From NCBI GenBank assembly GCA_012295275.1, contig CM022679.1, positions 27,032,001-27,096,000 of the forward strand: DNA of 64,000 bases, given 5' to 3'. Positions 1 to 13,222 of this stretch are shown here, piece after piece. The position numbers and the translations under genes were made by a program. The notes under the pieces are model-generated. The model made no database searches. It had not been told where the DNA came from and saw nothing but the letters and a program-made list of their open reading frames with translations. The DNA comes from Chrysomallon squamiferum. Lineage: Eukaryota; Animalia; Mollusca. Within the stretch, counting starts at the first letter, position 1. Each line of letters begins with the position of its first letter.

Positions 1-259
1 TTTACAGGGTCATATGGGTTCAATATTGCACTTGTGTAATATTCTGGCATTTCCTGCTTGCAAAAACAACCAAAAAAAAACATAATAATATACACTGATA
101 TATCATTAAAGTTTCTGAAATTTGTAAGCCCCAAACTTTGATTATTCCATGAGCATGGCTCTTTAACTATTTCAAAAAAACCTGTGTGTTTCCTTTTACC
201 AGCAGTGAGAGTTTTATAATCATATTTTGTGTTTGAGCGTTACAAGACATTTTAATAAC

Positions 260-515
260 AGTGAATTAATTTTCTTAATATTGATTTGTGTTCAAATTAG
301 ATGTGCCATAGTTGTAGTACTAGCATTTGAGAAAAAAAGTTGAAGTAATTAATTTTATTAATTTCTATTTAATTAAATTTAGATGCTTACTAATTATAGC
401 AACAGTTGAAATAAAAGTTAAAGTGATTAATTTTATTAATTTCTCTTTAATTCAATTTAGATGCTTACTAATTGCAGCAACATTTGAAATAAAAGTTAAA
501 GTGATTAATTTTATT
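260..515. repeat. ~78-bp degenerate tandem repeat (about 3 copies) followed by (ATT)n/(ATTT)n microsatellites
   Basis: Recurrent 'ttagatgcttactaatt...aaataaaagttaaagtgattaattttatta'. Confidence 0.75.
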
Positions 516-576
516 ATTACTATTATTACTGTTATTATTATTATTATTATCATCATTATTATCGTTGTTGTTGTTG

Positions 577-651
<75 letters not shown>

Positions 652-1084
652 TTTTATTTTGTTTTGTTTTGTTATTCTTTATTATTTTATTTTATTTATT
701 TATTTTTTTAATTTTAAATGTACCATAATCACAGCAACATTTCAGAGAGGGGACAAAAAACACCATACTGAGCAAATGAAATAATTTATTTGATTATTTT
801 CTATTTTATTAAAGTCATATGCTTCATAGTTGTATTTACATATAAGTTATTGCAGTTAACTTTCTTATCCTGTATTATGGAAAGGTAAACACTATATCTG
901 CCAACAAATGGAAAAGTGATTAGTAGTAATAATGACATTTTAAAAATTTTTTCCTTGAGTATGTTGTATAAAGTTGGCTGATTCATATATGTTAGTATTA
1001 AATCATCTTTTAGATTATCTTGAATATGTTCATTCTTTATATTTACTGAAAATAAAGTTATTACATATAAATGTAACTATTTAT

Positions 1085-1322
1085 CATGTCTGTGAACATC
1101 ATGATCATTTATTTTAATTTATTTATTTATTTAGTTATTTTTTTTACACTTTTGATCCATTAAAGCATACATTTAGCAACTTTATAAACTGAAATTTTCT
1201 ATTTGTCATGTCTGTAAACATCATGATCATTTATTATAATTAATTTATTTATTTAGTTATTTTTTTTACACTTTTGATCCATTAAAGCATACATTTAGCA
1301 ACTTTATAAACTGAAATTTTCT
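1085..1322. repeat. ~120-bp direct tandem duplication
   Basis: 1085-1200 and 1206-1322 are nearly identical (tcatgtctgt...actgaaattttct). Confidence 0.9.
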
Positions 1323-2925
1323 TTTGGTAATCTAACAAAGAGTGAAAAAAAAAGAAAAAAAGATAAATAAAATAGAATCTGAAATTGAATAAAATGGCCA
1401 GTTATATTACTTTTGAATCACTTTGTGTACCTTTCATGGAGATAGATCAAACACTTCTTAATCCTTCTTAACTTAAATAATTGTCTTTTTTTTTTTTTTT
1501 ACACATTGAGGTCATTCATAATGCAAATAATAATTGTATACATATATAACAGGAGTTTTTCTGTTTTATTGGGGTTTTTTGTAACAGTTACATACCAATA
1601 TATATTTTGTTTTGCTTAGATCATTTATAACAAAAATAATTATTGTATATCTGTGTAACTGCACCTTTACTAAGTAATTTCATTTACATTTCAAGTCTTT
1701 ATTATGTAAATATATCCTGTAATTATAGTTATCTTTTAATTTATTTAATCCAAATAGATACTGTATACCTATAGATTGTATTAAGAAAGCTTATTTATAA
1801 CTCAAATAGTAATTTTATTTGTTATGTAACTATCTTTTAAGCCATTAAGTTTATTTATAATGTAAACAGTTATTGTGTACCTGTATAATTATGGTTTCTT
1901 TCAATATGTTTTTTATAATGCAAGTACCCAGAAATTACCTTATGTCTATATATCTCATTACCTCTAGTACTAAAGCTGTACTTATGAAACTAATTTTTAC
2001 TCTAGATTCATGTTTTGCTCACCCATATAACTTTAATTATTTACAGTAGCTATTATACACCTTTTTATAGTTTTACCTACATATTATATAAACATAGTAA
2101 TACTTACATGTATACACTACTTTTAATAATACTTTATTTTTCATGTTTACTTCTAACCACTGTTTTATATTACTTTTATAACTGTCCTAGATATTTTTTA
2201 AATTTATTTTAACTTTTTCATACATACTTATAACCACTGTTTTATATTACTTTTATAACCACTATTTTATAACAGATTTATATATATATTTTTTAAATTT
2301 AAAATTATTGTTCTGTGGAAAAATAAAAATACACTTTTTGACTAAATTTTGTTTTGTCTAAGTACATTTTTATAATTTTCTTCTGTTTTTTTTTATTTCA
2401 TTGCCATCTGATAATCAGCATTTATGTAAATAAAATTACATTGTAATTCTTTTGAGTAAGAAAACAAACAGGTTAGTTTTAAAATAAAGAAGTAAATAAA
2501 ATAAATTTACATTCATTTAAGTCTAAAAAAGAATAAAAAATAAAAATATAAAAATGAAAATGTATATGTATTTAAAAAGTTTCCGACTTTATAATACAAA
2601 ATGTATACATTTCTTTAGAAAATGAAATTTGGTAATAAGGTAATATCTAATAAATAATTAATCTAATTATGTTGGCATTTAAAAAAAAAAAAATAATAAT
2701 TAAAAAAAAATAAACAATAATAATATAACAAATTTTGTTCTAGACTTTCATTATGTGATGTGCATAATTATTTTCAGGTGTTTTTTTTTTTTAGGTATTT
2801 GTATAATTTTTATATATATATATACTTTTTTCTTTTATAAATATATGTACAAAAAGCATTTCTTTTTTTTTTTAAAAGAGTAATATATATGATTTTGTGA
2901 TAAGTATTTCTATACATGGTTTCAG

Positions 2926-4977
2926 AGTGAGTGACAAGGTTGTGAAGAAAACCACATCCAACTTCTCAAAGAAAGCTTCCTCGAATCACCACAGCCTGAC
3001 CATAAGTCCACAGCCATTGCAGTCAGAAAAGAGTTCCATGCACGACAAGGGAGCTAACCCCAGCAGACAGAAGAATAATGAGAAGAAAGAAGAAAAGCCA
3101 GGTTTAAGTTTCCCTGAAGTCAAAGGGGCAGAGGGTATGTTTTTAATCACCACGAATTTATTGGTTAGATTTCTGGTCATCAAATCAGATTTAAATTTCC
3201 TTGAAGTAAAAAAAGCAGTACATGTGTTTGTATCCTGAAAAGGTCATCAAATCAGATACAAAATTTTCCTGACATTGAAAAGCAGGGCCTATGTATTTAC
3301 CTAGATGGGTTTATTATTTCTGGCCATCAGATTAACTTTACATTTACTTAAAATTACAATAAAATTAGGGCCCATGGAATATCTATGTGTTTTTAAAGCA
3401 GGTTTGTGTTCACTAGACAGTAAAGGGGCGGTGTATATTCATAATAAATGTTTCTGAACCTAGTTTATATTTATTTAAAGATGCATAATACCTTGAAGCT
3501 ATTGTAGTTATTACTGGGTATCAGATGTAAATGGTTTTAATGTCTTTTCTAGATGTCGGTAATCTTTGATTTCAAAAATATTTTAAATGTTTTAATTATC
3601 CACTCCTTTCTTTCTCAAGGCTACGCTGGGAAGTCAAGAGATAAACCAGGAGCTAAGAAGTCTAATGTTGCCACAATACCTCATATCACAAACATAGACC
3701 CCTTTACATCCAGCAGTCAGGTTAGTTAACAATATCACAAACATAGACCTCTTTACATCCAGCAGTCAGGTTAGTTAACTATATCACAAACATAGACTGC
3801 TTTACATCCAGCAGTCAGGTTAGTTAACTATATCACAAACATAGACTGCTTTACATCCAGCAGTCAGGTTAGTTAACTATATCACAAACATAGACTGCTT
3901 TACATCCAGCAGTCAGGTTAGTTAACTATATCACAAACATAGACCCCTTTACATCCAGCAGTCAGGTTAGTTAACAATATCACAAACATAGACCCTTTAC
4001 ATCCAGCAGTCAGGTTAGTTAACTATATCACAAACATAGACCCCTTTACATCCAGCAGTCAGGTTAGTTAACAATATCACAAACATAGATCCCTTTACAT
4101 CCAGCAGTCAGGTTAGTTAACAATATCACAAACATAGACTGCTTTACATCCAGCAGTCAGGTTAGTTAATAATGTCACAAACATAGACATCTTTACATCC
4201 AGCAGTCAGGTTAGTTAACAATGTCACAAACATAGACATCTTTACATCCAGCAGTCAGGTTAGTTAACTATATCACAAACATAGACATCTTTACATCCAG
4301 CAGTCAGGTTAGTTAACAATGTCACAAACATAGACCTCTTTACATCCAGCAGTCAGGTTAGTTAACAATATCACAAACATAGACCGCTTTACATCCAGCA
4401 GTCAGGTTAGTTAACAATATCACAAACATAGACCTCTTTACATCCAGCAGTCAGGTTAGTTAACTATATCACAAACATAGACCTCTTTACATCCAGCAGT
4501 CAGGTTAGTTAACTATATCACAAACATAGACTGCTTTACATCCAGCACTGAGGTTAGTTAACAATGTCACAAACATAGACCTCTTTACATGCAGCAGTCA
4601 GGTTAGTTAACAATGTCACAAACATAGACCTCTTTACATCCAGCAGTCAGGTTAGTTAACTATATCACAAACATAGACTGCTTTACATCCAGCAGTCAGG
4701 TTAGTTAACAATGTCACAAACATAGACATCTTTACATCCAGCAGTCAGGTTAGTTAACAATGTCACAAACATAGACCTCTTTACATCCAGCAGTCAGGTT
4801 AGTTAACCTTTACACCGAGCAGTCAGATCCATTGACAATACAACAAGTCCTCAGTTAAAGGTTTCTGTAGAATTATTCTTAAACAAATTATGTTTTAAAT
4901 CTGATGAGATGATTTTGTTTGTTTGGTTGCAGCAAGATACTTACTCGGTGGAACGCGATGGCTTCCCCAACGTCTGA
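2926..4977 (+). CDS. 3' terminal coding exons of a gene starting upstream of the window; C-terminal tail resembles CDKL2/CDKL3-type kinases
   Basis: Exons 2926-3134 (ttcag|...GAGG|gtatgt), 3620-3720 (ctcaag|...CAG|gttagt) and 4933-4977 (ttgcag|...TGA) splice in frame to ...VSDKVVKKTTSNFSKK...KPGLSFPEVKGAEGYAGKSRDKPGAKKSNVATIPHITNIDPFTSSSQQDTYSVERDGFPNV*. The exon structure is well supported. The identity rests only on remembered similarity to the CDKL2/3 tail (LPELRALEG...RIPSLAAID / KIPTLLNVD); no kinase domain is in the window. Confidence 0.6.
3683..4826 (+). repeat. 49-bp minisatellite, 23 copies of exon 3' end plus splice donor
   Basis: Unit GTTAGTTAACAATATCACAAACATAGACCTCTTTACATCCAGCAGTCAG. 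Donor-like GTTAGT recurs from 3721 to 4798 at a 49-bp period (one 48-bp unit). Confidence 0.97.
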
Positions 4978-5299
4978 CAGTGGCATGCACTACACACCAC
5001 AGACTGCAAGAGAACAGAGAAAGAAAAATGAGCTCTTTGTTCTGCAGGGCGACTCATTCATCGGTCATCTTCATAACCAGAAGTATGTCTGTCTGTCTGT
5101 CTGTCTGTCAGTCAGTGCGATCATCACCTAGTAATGTCACACAGCGACACATTTGTTCAAGACCGGCAACTCAAGACGTATGTGTGTTGTATGTCAGATA
5201 GCTCTGTCTAGTTTTAGTTTTAAAAGAATAGTCTTATCTGATTGCTTTAAAAATGACTAGGTCAAATGTGTGTATTTGTGTCAGAATGAAGTGGTAAGA

Positions 5300-5900
5300 G
5301 AGATGTACACATCTGATTAAGTTTCAAATGAATAAGCGAGATTTACGTCGATTTAAGTTTCAGAGGAAAAGAGAGAATTCGTCTGACAGGTTTTTTTTTT
5401 AAATAAAAAGTGAGATTTATACGTCTGATTACGTTTTTATATGAAAAGTCATAATGTATACATCTGATTAAGTTTTAAATAATAAGTGAAATGTATGAGT
5501 ATTGTTAAGTTTTGAAATAAAAACTAGGGTGATAATCTGATTTAATTTTAAATGAAAAGATGAGGTGTGTGCATCAGTTTAAGTTTCACACGAAAAGAGG
5601 GATGTGCATCTGATTCATTAAATAAAAAGTGAGATACATACATCTGATTATGTTTTTGAATGAAAAGTCAGATGTATACATCTAATTAAGTTTTATATTT
5701 TTATTTTAAATCGGAAATTAAATCTATTTGTATTGTTAATTTAGAAATGTAGATATATTTTAGTTTCAAATGAAAAATAGTATATATCTTGATTTTATTT
5801 TTATAACAGAAACACAGTGTGTATTTATTTTAGTTTTGAACCAGAAATAAGATGCATGTTAATTTAAATTGAATATATGTGTATTTTAGTTTTAATTCAG
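5300..5900. repeat. Degenerate ~36-bp tandem repeat in the presumed 3' UTR of the + strand gene
   Basis: Recurrent 'catctgattaagttttaaatgaaaagtgagatgtata' variants. Confidence 0.65.
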
Positions 5901-6684
5901 AAATGAAATGTTTTATTTTGTTTCAGTGCAAAAATTGCATGATAGTATAGCTCAGTTTTACACAAGAATGAAATTGTTTCATTTTTAAACCTGTATGAAA
6001 ATGTTCTAAACAAAATGGTTGAAGTTAATTTAGTGTAGTAAGATATGAGTGTTGTTAATGTTCTTTTTATTATTATCTTTTTTGTTTTAATGTTTAAATC
6101 AAATTATTAATCTTCTTTTGTTTATTCTATTTTTTATTTTTGAAAAGTTCTTGTTTTAAAAATGGTAATTTTATTATTATAATAAATTTCTTTATTTTGT
6201 AAATAATAAACACATTATTTTAATCATTTTATTTGTAATAATAAGTATTTTATTATTTTTAAATGATCAGAGAATATAAATATATGACAGAAAAGTTTTG
6301 GATTACATGTTAAAGTGAAAAAAAAAAAAAAAAAAAAATAAATAAATAAAAATAAGACTTACTGCACAAAACTAAATTTAGAAAGTTGCCTCAATGTTAA
6401 GACAATTTGTACAGACTTGATTTGACAGTACAATGACTTTTTCTTTCCATTTTACAAAATGTAAACATAAATTACAGCTATGTAATATATGTTTTTTACA
6501 CTCTGATCCTGAATTTTGAGTTTGAACAATACTGACTCACAAAATCTTAATTTAGATTCTCTATACACTGCAACTTAAAATTTTGAGTTTGAACAATACT
6601 TTGAGTAAATCTAATTTAGGTTTTTTATACATGGACTTCAAATTTGATTTTGAATAATAGTGTCAGAACAAATCTAATTTAGGT

Positions 6685-6715
<31 letters not shown>

Positions 6716-7629
6716 GACTTGAATTTTGAGTTTGAACAACATTGATTGAAATTATTTTGTTTATTTATATGTTGTCTTCAATTTTATATTTTGAATTTGT
6801 ATAATATTGAATCAAACTGTTCTGTATATGTTGTCAGTTTGCATTAAATATTAGTATCAGCAGTATTAGAGCTGATCAATCTATCTGTCAAATTATTTAT
6901 CTAAATTTTCTGCAGAACATATTCAAGCTCTCTTAATTCATGGTTATTAATGCTATTTTCAATTTTTGCTTTTGACAGATATTAAATAAAACACTGTTAA
7001 GATTTAAATTCTATTTTTTAAAGACAAATGACTGAATTTATGAAGCTAATTTTCTTCAGTGTTTAAATGTTACAGATATATCTATGTTTTTAATGTATAT
7101 TGTTATATGTGTCAGATGAAACCAGACTTTGTTAAATTTGTTTTTTAATGTGACTGAAAACTCTGTATATATTCACCTATGTTTTAAGTTTTATAAATTT
7201 GTAAAATAATTTTATTTCTCTGCTCAACATATTTGTGTGAATTACGTTTTTATCACTCGTGTGATTGCAGCTTCTTATTTCACTGTGCCATCATTTCATC
7301 ATTAATCTGCAATATTGTCTTTGTGTACATAGATTTAAACTTTAGTTTTCTCTCACTGTTAGATATTTCAGAAAAATTATATACAAGAAAAAAATGTAAG
7401 TGCACGTTTAGACATGGAAAATATTTGTCTTATTATTATTATTATTATTATTAATATTATTATTATTTTAAAAAGCTGCTTTTGAAAAAAAAAATGGGCA
7501 GTGCCTAGTAAACCAGTAATAATAATAATAATTAGTGTTTTTACCTCAGTCTTTTTTACTTTTGATAATGTAAATATTACTATAATTCTGGAATCTTAAA
7601 AGAATGAAAAAATAATTAAAAACATCAAG

Positions 7630-7835
7630 TGAAACAAGAAGGGACACAACTCTTGTATATTACTGAAACAGAAAGGGATGCAACTGATGTAAAACAAATT
7701 ACAGATATCAAAAGGGACACAACTCTTGTCAAACAAATTACAGATATAATAAGGGACATAACTTTTATCAAATTAATAGAGAAACGACTCTTGTACAGAG
7801 AAAACAATTAGAGAAACAAAAAGGGACAAAACTCT
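7630..7835. repeat. Degenerate ~40-bp tandem repeat
   Basis: Recurrent 'aagggacacaactcttgtcaaacaaattacagatat'. Confidence 0.65.
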
Positions 7836-7836
7836 G

Positions 7837-7869
<33 letters not shown>

Positions 7870-8570
7870 TTCTGAGTTCATTATTTGTTGTTATGACATA
7901 AGTTCCCATCTAACAAACATCTGACTTACATTTTTTTAACATACAAATGTTTGTCCTTAACCCTGTTAATAAAAAAGTGATTTACCTGTAATAACTCATG
8001 TGATGTTTAATTCGTATTTTAATTTTTCTTATAAAACAGTTATGTGTTAAAATGTGTTAATATCCTACCATAGTACATAGTAAACATTTCTTTTAAATAC
8101 AAACCCTTGACAATATGAAATCTAATTATATGTACAAATTTGACTTAGAATAACATTAGAAATGAGTTTGTAAAACAAAATAATTAACAAGAATATTTCT
8201 TTAATTAGTGTTTAGATCCAGTTCTGCAGATTTTTTTTTTTGTTGAATTTTACTCAGTATAGTGTACAAAATTTATACCATTTAATTGCATTAAAGTTTA
8301 TAAAGTTTTATCACCTTTAATTTCATATTTCTAAAAACTAAAATGGTTCAGATTTTGTTTGAATTTGTTTTCAATAGAGAATAACTAGCCAGTGATTTAC
8401 TGTTAACTGTTGTTGGTTTTACTTTCTTTCTTTTAAACTGGTTCATATATTATATATTTAAAGGGTTGTTGTTGTTTTCTTTTCAACATTTTTAATTTTA
8501 TCATGGACTGAAATACTTAATTGCTCAAAACCTTAGAGATTGTAGTTTGTGCCAAATGCATTTTAATCAA

Positions 8571-8627
<57 letters not shown>

Positions 8628-8654
8628 AGGATGACGAAGAAAAAGTTTAATTTC

Positions 8655-8732
<78 letters not shown>

Positions 8733-11700
8733 AGATATAGAGTATTAACATTTAGAATTTAACAAAAAAAGGTGGAGAAGACAATCCTTTGTTTAATGTT
8801 TATGAAATACAGACAGACTATTAAAATTTAGAAAAAAAAGAAGTGAAAAACCCCAGAAAAGATAAATATTTACATTTGTCTGAGTAATTTAGAAACTGAA
8901 GCATCCTATAAATAGTGAATGTATTAAATGTATTTGGCAGAAAACCAAGAATGTGAACTGGGTTTATTTTTTATTTGTTATTAATATGTTTTGTTATTTA
9001 ACAATCTGTATTAAAGTTACTATTAAAATAACTTTCTGGTGCCTGTTTGCAAACGATATGAATGTTAAGAATAAAATATGTTAAGAATAAACTATTGTTA
9101 GTTAAAATACTCCTGAATATCATACACTAAAGACTGTCATCTAAATAAGACACTTAACAAATAAGAACACATCTTTAAATAACTGTTTGAAAAGAGAGAT
9201 CTGCTGACAAGATCCCATCATATTGAAAGAAAATGTATTCAAATTTAAATACTCTAAGTAGATAGATAGATAGATATCTATATATATATATATACATACA
9301 TACATACACATATGTTTACCTATGGACTATGTTTATAAATAAATAGTTTACCCTAGAGACATGTATGTCCAGACAGGCATCATAAAGTTGTGTTAAATAG
9401 TAACCTTTTCCCTTACAGCATAATATATTCAGTGTTACTGGTAACTTCACTGCAATATCCTAACAGTATTAATATTGGTTTGATATCAAGCAATAGCATT
9501 TGTATTTACTCTTGGTTGTGTGTGTGTGTGACTGTGTGTGTGTGTTTACACATGTATTGTGTACAAAATTCATCTTTTGCCTCAGATTAAAGTCTCGCTA
9601 AATTCAGATATTGTTTGCTGATTCACCTCAAACAAGCTATTTCATGATAATTTCTGATAATTTTGAGTCTCTTATTTTAAATTCTGATATTATCTGTTAA
9701 TTCACCATTCACCTGAAATAGAATCTGACTTTCAGTTCTGATACAATCATTTATTTTGAGTTCTGATCCAGTTTACCAATTCACCATTCACCTCAGATAT
9801 CAGACAAAATCTCGTTTAAAATGATAATGTTTGATAATAATTCACCATGCACCTCAGTTAGACCTGTTATTTTTTTAACTCCTGATATTTTGTCAATTCA
9901 CCATATCACCTCAGAAAAAGTCTCTCATTTTAACTATGATAGGCTGCCAGTTGACACACATTTCACATCTAAAACAGTTTTCCTACCATTTACTTACATT
10001 ATAATCTGCATTGAATTGCTTTTATTATAATCTGTATTCACTTGTATTTGAAAATTATAATCACTATTTACTTATGTTAAGATTTGCATTCACTTGTATT
10101 TAAAAATTATAATCACTATTTACTTATATTATACACTACTTCATGTCCAGTATTATTATACATTGTGATCAAGTTATGATTTTTTAATGTTGTTTTTTTT
10201 TCTTGTAATAACTAATATATATTTATGTATTGATAGTTATTTGTCTTTAGTTGAATATGATGATATTCATAAAAAGGAACTGAATTCTGTGTAATAGTGT
10301 TTATTTTTAAGTAGCTGTATTTATTTTTTTATTAAATAAAGTCTGCTAAATTGATTGGAATTATTTGTAGCAATAATCATATTGTTGTAGTAAGACCACT
10401 GTACCATCTTAAAATTATCCCACATTGTGATTTTGTACAAATTTCATGTGTGTTCAGGTCTTATGTCAATCTGGTATTGTTATTTTTTCTCTTTTTTTTT
10501 TTTTAATTTATTTATTTTTTTTTTTTTTGGTATGCATTTGTAAATTGTCATTGTCAGTTCCAGTGGTATATGTATTGTGATAAATTCAAAATCAAAATTT
10601 TATTTTGTACAATTTTATCCCTATTTTTTTTTCTTCATATTTTAAAATGTATTTTTGTCAAATGTGACAGTTTCAAAGTAATTCGACAGTATTAAACTAA
10701 AAAAGCAATATTTGTAATTATTTTAGTTAAGAGAAGATACAGTATTATATTTTTAATTGTTAAAAACCTGCATCATATCTTCAGGCATATTGTTTTAAAT
10801 ACATTATCTGCACTGATGAATGATCAAACTTCTGTAGAACATTTAAATAATAAAACCAGTAAGAAAGACAGCCTTTTCTTTTAAAAAAAATAATAATATC
10901 TTTCTGTGATTTGAACAGTTGACATTAGCAGAGTAACTGGCCTTTATGGACAAAAGAACCACATATTTCAAGGGATGTTGGTGAATTCATGCAGAGGAAT
11001 GTTGTGATGCATTGAGAAATAGTTGTTGTGATTTCACCAGATCTACAAGGCTGCTATGCTGGTTGTATTTATCCAAATTTGATACAGAAGTTATTTCATT
11101 GGTGAAGAAATGTTATAATAAAATACCTCTTTTTACACTACCGAACCAGTACTGAAAGAATAATATGTAACTGAATAATAAATACGTGTTTTATTTATAA
11201 ATGTTGTTTCAGCTTGTTTTTATACCATTCAGTGAATTGCAATTTTGTTATTAGAAAAATAATAATGTTATTTATTAAATGCCTTTAAAAAGTATTAACA
11301 GATGTCATTCATGTAACTAACACTAATTAATACTGAATAGAAAAAATGATAATGTATTTATTAAATGTCTTAAAAATAAATAAATAAAATACTAACAGAC
11401 TTCAATAATGTATCTTGATATTTTGATACTATATATATATATATATATATATAGTGTCAAAATACCAATACTATATATATAAATATAAATATTAAATGCT
11501 TTGACAAAAATATTCTTTGAATTGTTATATTATTTATAATCAATAGAATGTTAATTATTAAATGTCAGTATTTATGAAGATCACCTCTGTATTACAACCC
11601 ACTGTGTATTGCAGTACTGCAGTTGGATAATGTTATTATGTCATACTGGGGTTTTTTATGTGCCTGACATAATGTGCCTCATGTTCCTTTTTTTTTTTTT

Positions 11701-13070
11701 TTTTTTTTTTTTGTTAAATGTAAAGTTTTTAAAAGGTGCATGTTTGTAGTGTTACTATATAAAAAAATTGTCAATCAAAAAGTTAGAAAGGAATTAAAAT
11801 GTTTTGAAGATTTATTTCAAATTGGAAATTTTGCATTTAGGTGCATGCCAAATGTAAAATAAAATGTAAAAGTTTAAGTAAAGTTGTTGTTTTGTGAATT
11901 CTGTTATTCCATTCAAACTAACTCTTTGAACTCTTATGTCCCAGCTTAGCAGTTCACATAATATTATTCCATGTCCCAGTGTACACAAAAGATTCCTCAT
12001 TATTAAAAGATTGTAGAGTTTGGCCAGATATGCTAACTACTGTATTGATCTGTGTGTCTGCTTTCTTCTGTTAATTTGCCAGAATTAAAAGGATTTAATA
12101 TATTAACAAAAGAGAACATGATGACGTATTTGTACATTTTAATATCAGTAGAAAATGGCAAAAATAATGCTATATTCAGTCAAGAACACAAACAGGTTCA
12201 TATACAACAAAAGCTGACAAAACCATACAAGTGTTGATAATGATTATGATGAACATAACAAATATCAAAAACAACAAAAATAAATTCATAGAAAAAAACT
12301 TCACAATCTTATTATTAACATAATTACAACTCGGTGGATTAAAAAAATAATGTTTGTAAAAGTTTTATATAAAAGTACTGTTAATTGACATTATAACACT
12401 GCAGACAAAAATAACATCATTAAACAATTTTTTTTAGACTAAACATTTAAAATGTGGTCCCATTATCAGCATTTAAAATAAATAAATAAATAAATAAAGT
12501 TACAAAAATAAAATTTTAAAAACAATGAGGAAAAAAAAAATTCAATTGAAGTCCATGGCAAAAATATAAATTGCAGTGATGAATCAAAATTTTTTGTTTT
12601 CTACAGCATGAACAGTCTTTACCAGCAGATTCTGGTTTTTTATTGATAAGATATTATAAATACAGACAATAATAACAAAAATGATCTAGATTATATATCA
12701 TTGGAGAGTTGTTAGATAAGATCATATCAGATGTAGTAGGTGGATATAGGTATCCACAGGATCAGAGAGAGGGAATGAGTACAGATTTGTGTATTTTTTT
12801 CAGGTAGCTGGGTGAGTGGGTATAAATATGCAGATCATAAATATTGTATGTAAATACTTTGAAAACCTTTCGAAAACATGTTTCTATTAATTATTAACGA
12901 TTTTGGAATTTACACAAGTTTATCAAACTAAACAGTGAATTCTGATTTAATCCAACAGAATGTTATTTGAATTATATTTCAGAGATCCAATTTTTATAAG
13001 TTTTGAGATTGATGAATTTGAAAAAAAAAAAAAAAATTAATAAAAATTAAATAAATAAATAAATTAATTA

Positions 13071-13116
<46 letters not shown>

Positions 13117-13183
13117 TCAACACATAATAACAATAATAAACAATAATAATAAATAATAATAATAATTAGTAAGAATTCATCTG

Positions 13184-13222
<39 letters not shown>

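Noticed and set aside
327-728. 133-aa ORF and the many poly-I/L/Y/N/CV ORFs in the track (e.g. 19081-19362, 20757-21276, 57253-57803)
   Set aside because: These are translations of (ATT)n, (CA)n, (CTA)n and (ATTT)n microsatellites and are not coding.
3683-4826. CRISPR-like appearance of the 49-bp array (constant part plus a short variable part)
   Set aside because: The variable part is only 3-4 nt, there are no unique spacers or cas genes, and the context is a eukaryotic intron.
3721-4932. Intron gain by tandem duplication of an AGGT proto-splice site (Rogers model)
   Set aside because: The last repeat copy does not continue into coding sequence; the next exon (4933) has its own unrelated acceptor.
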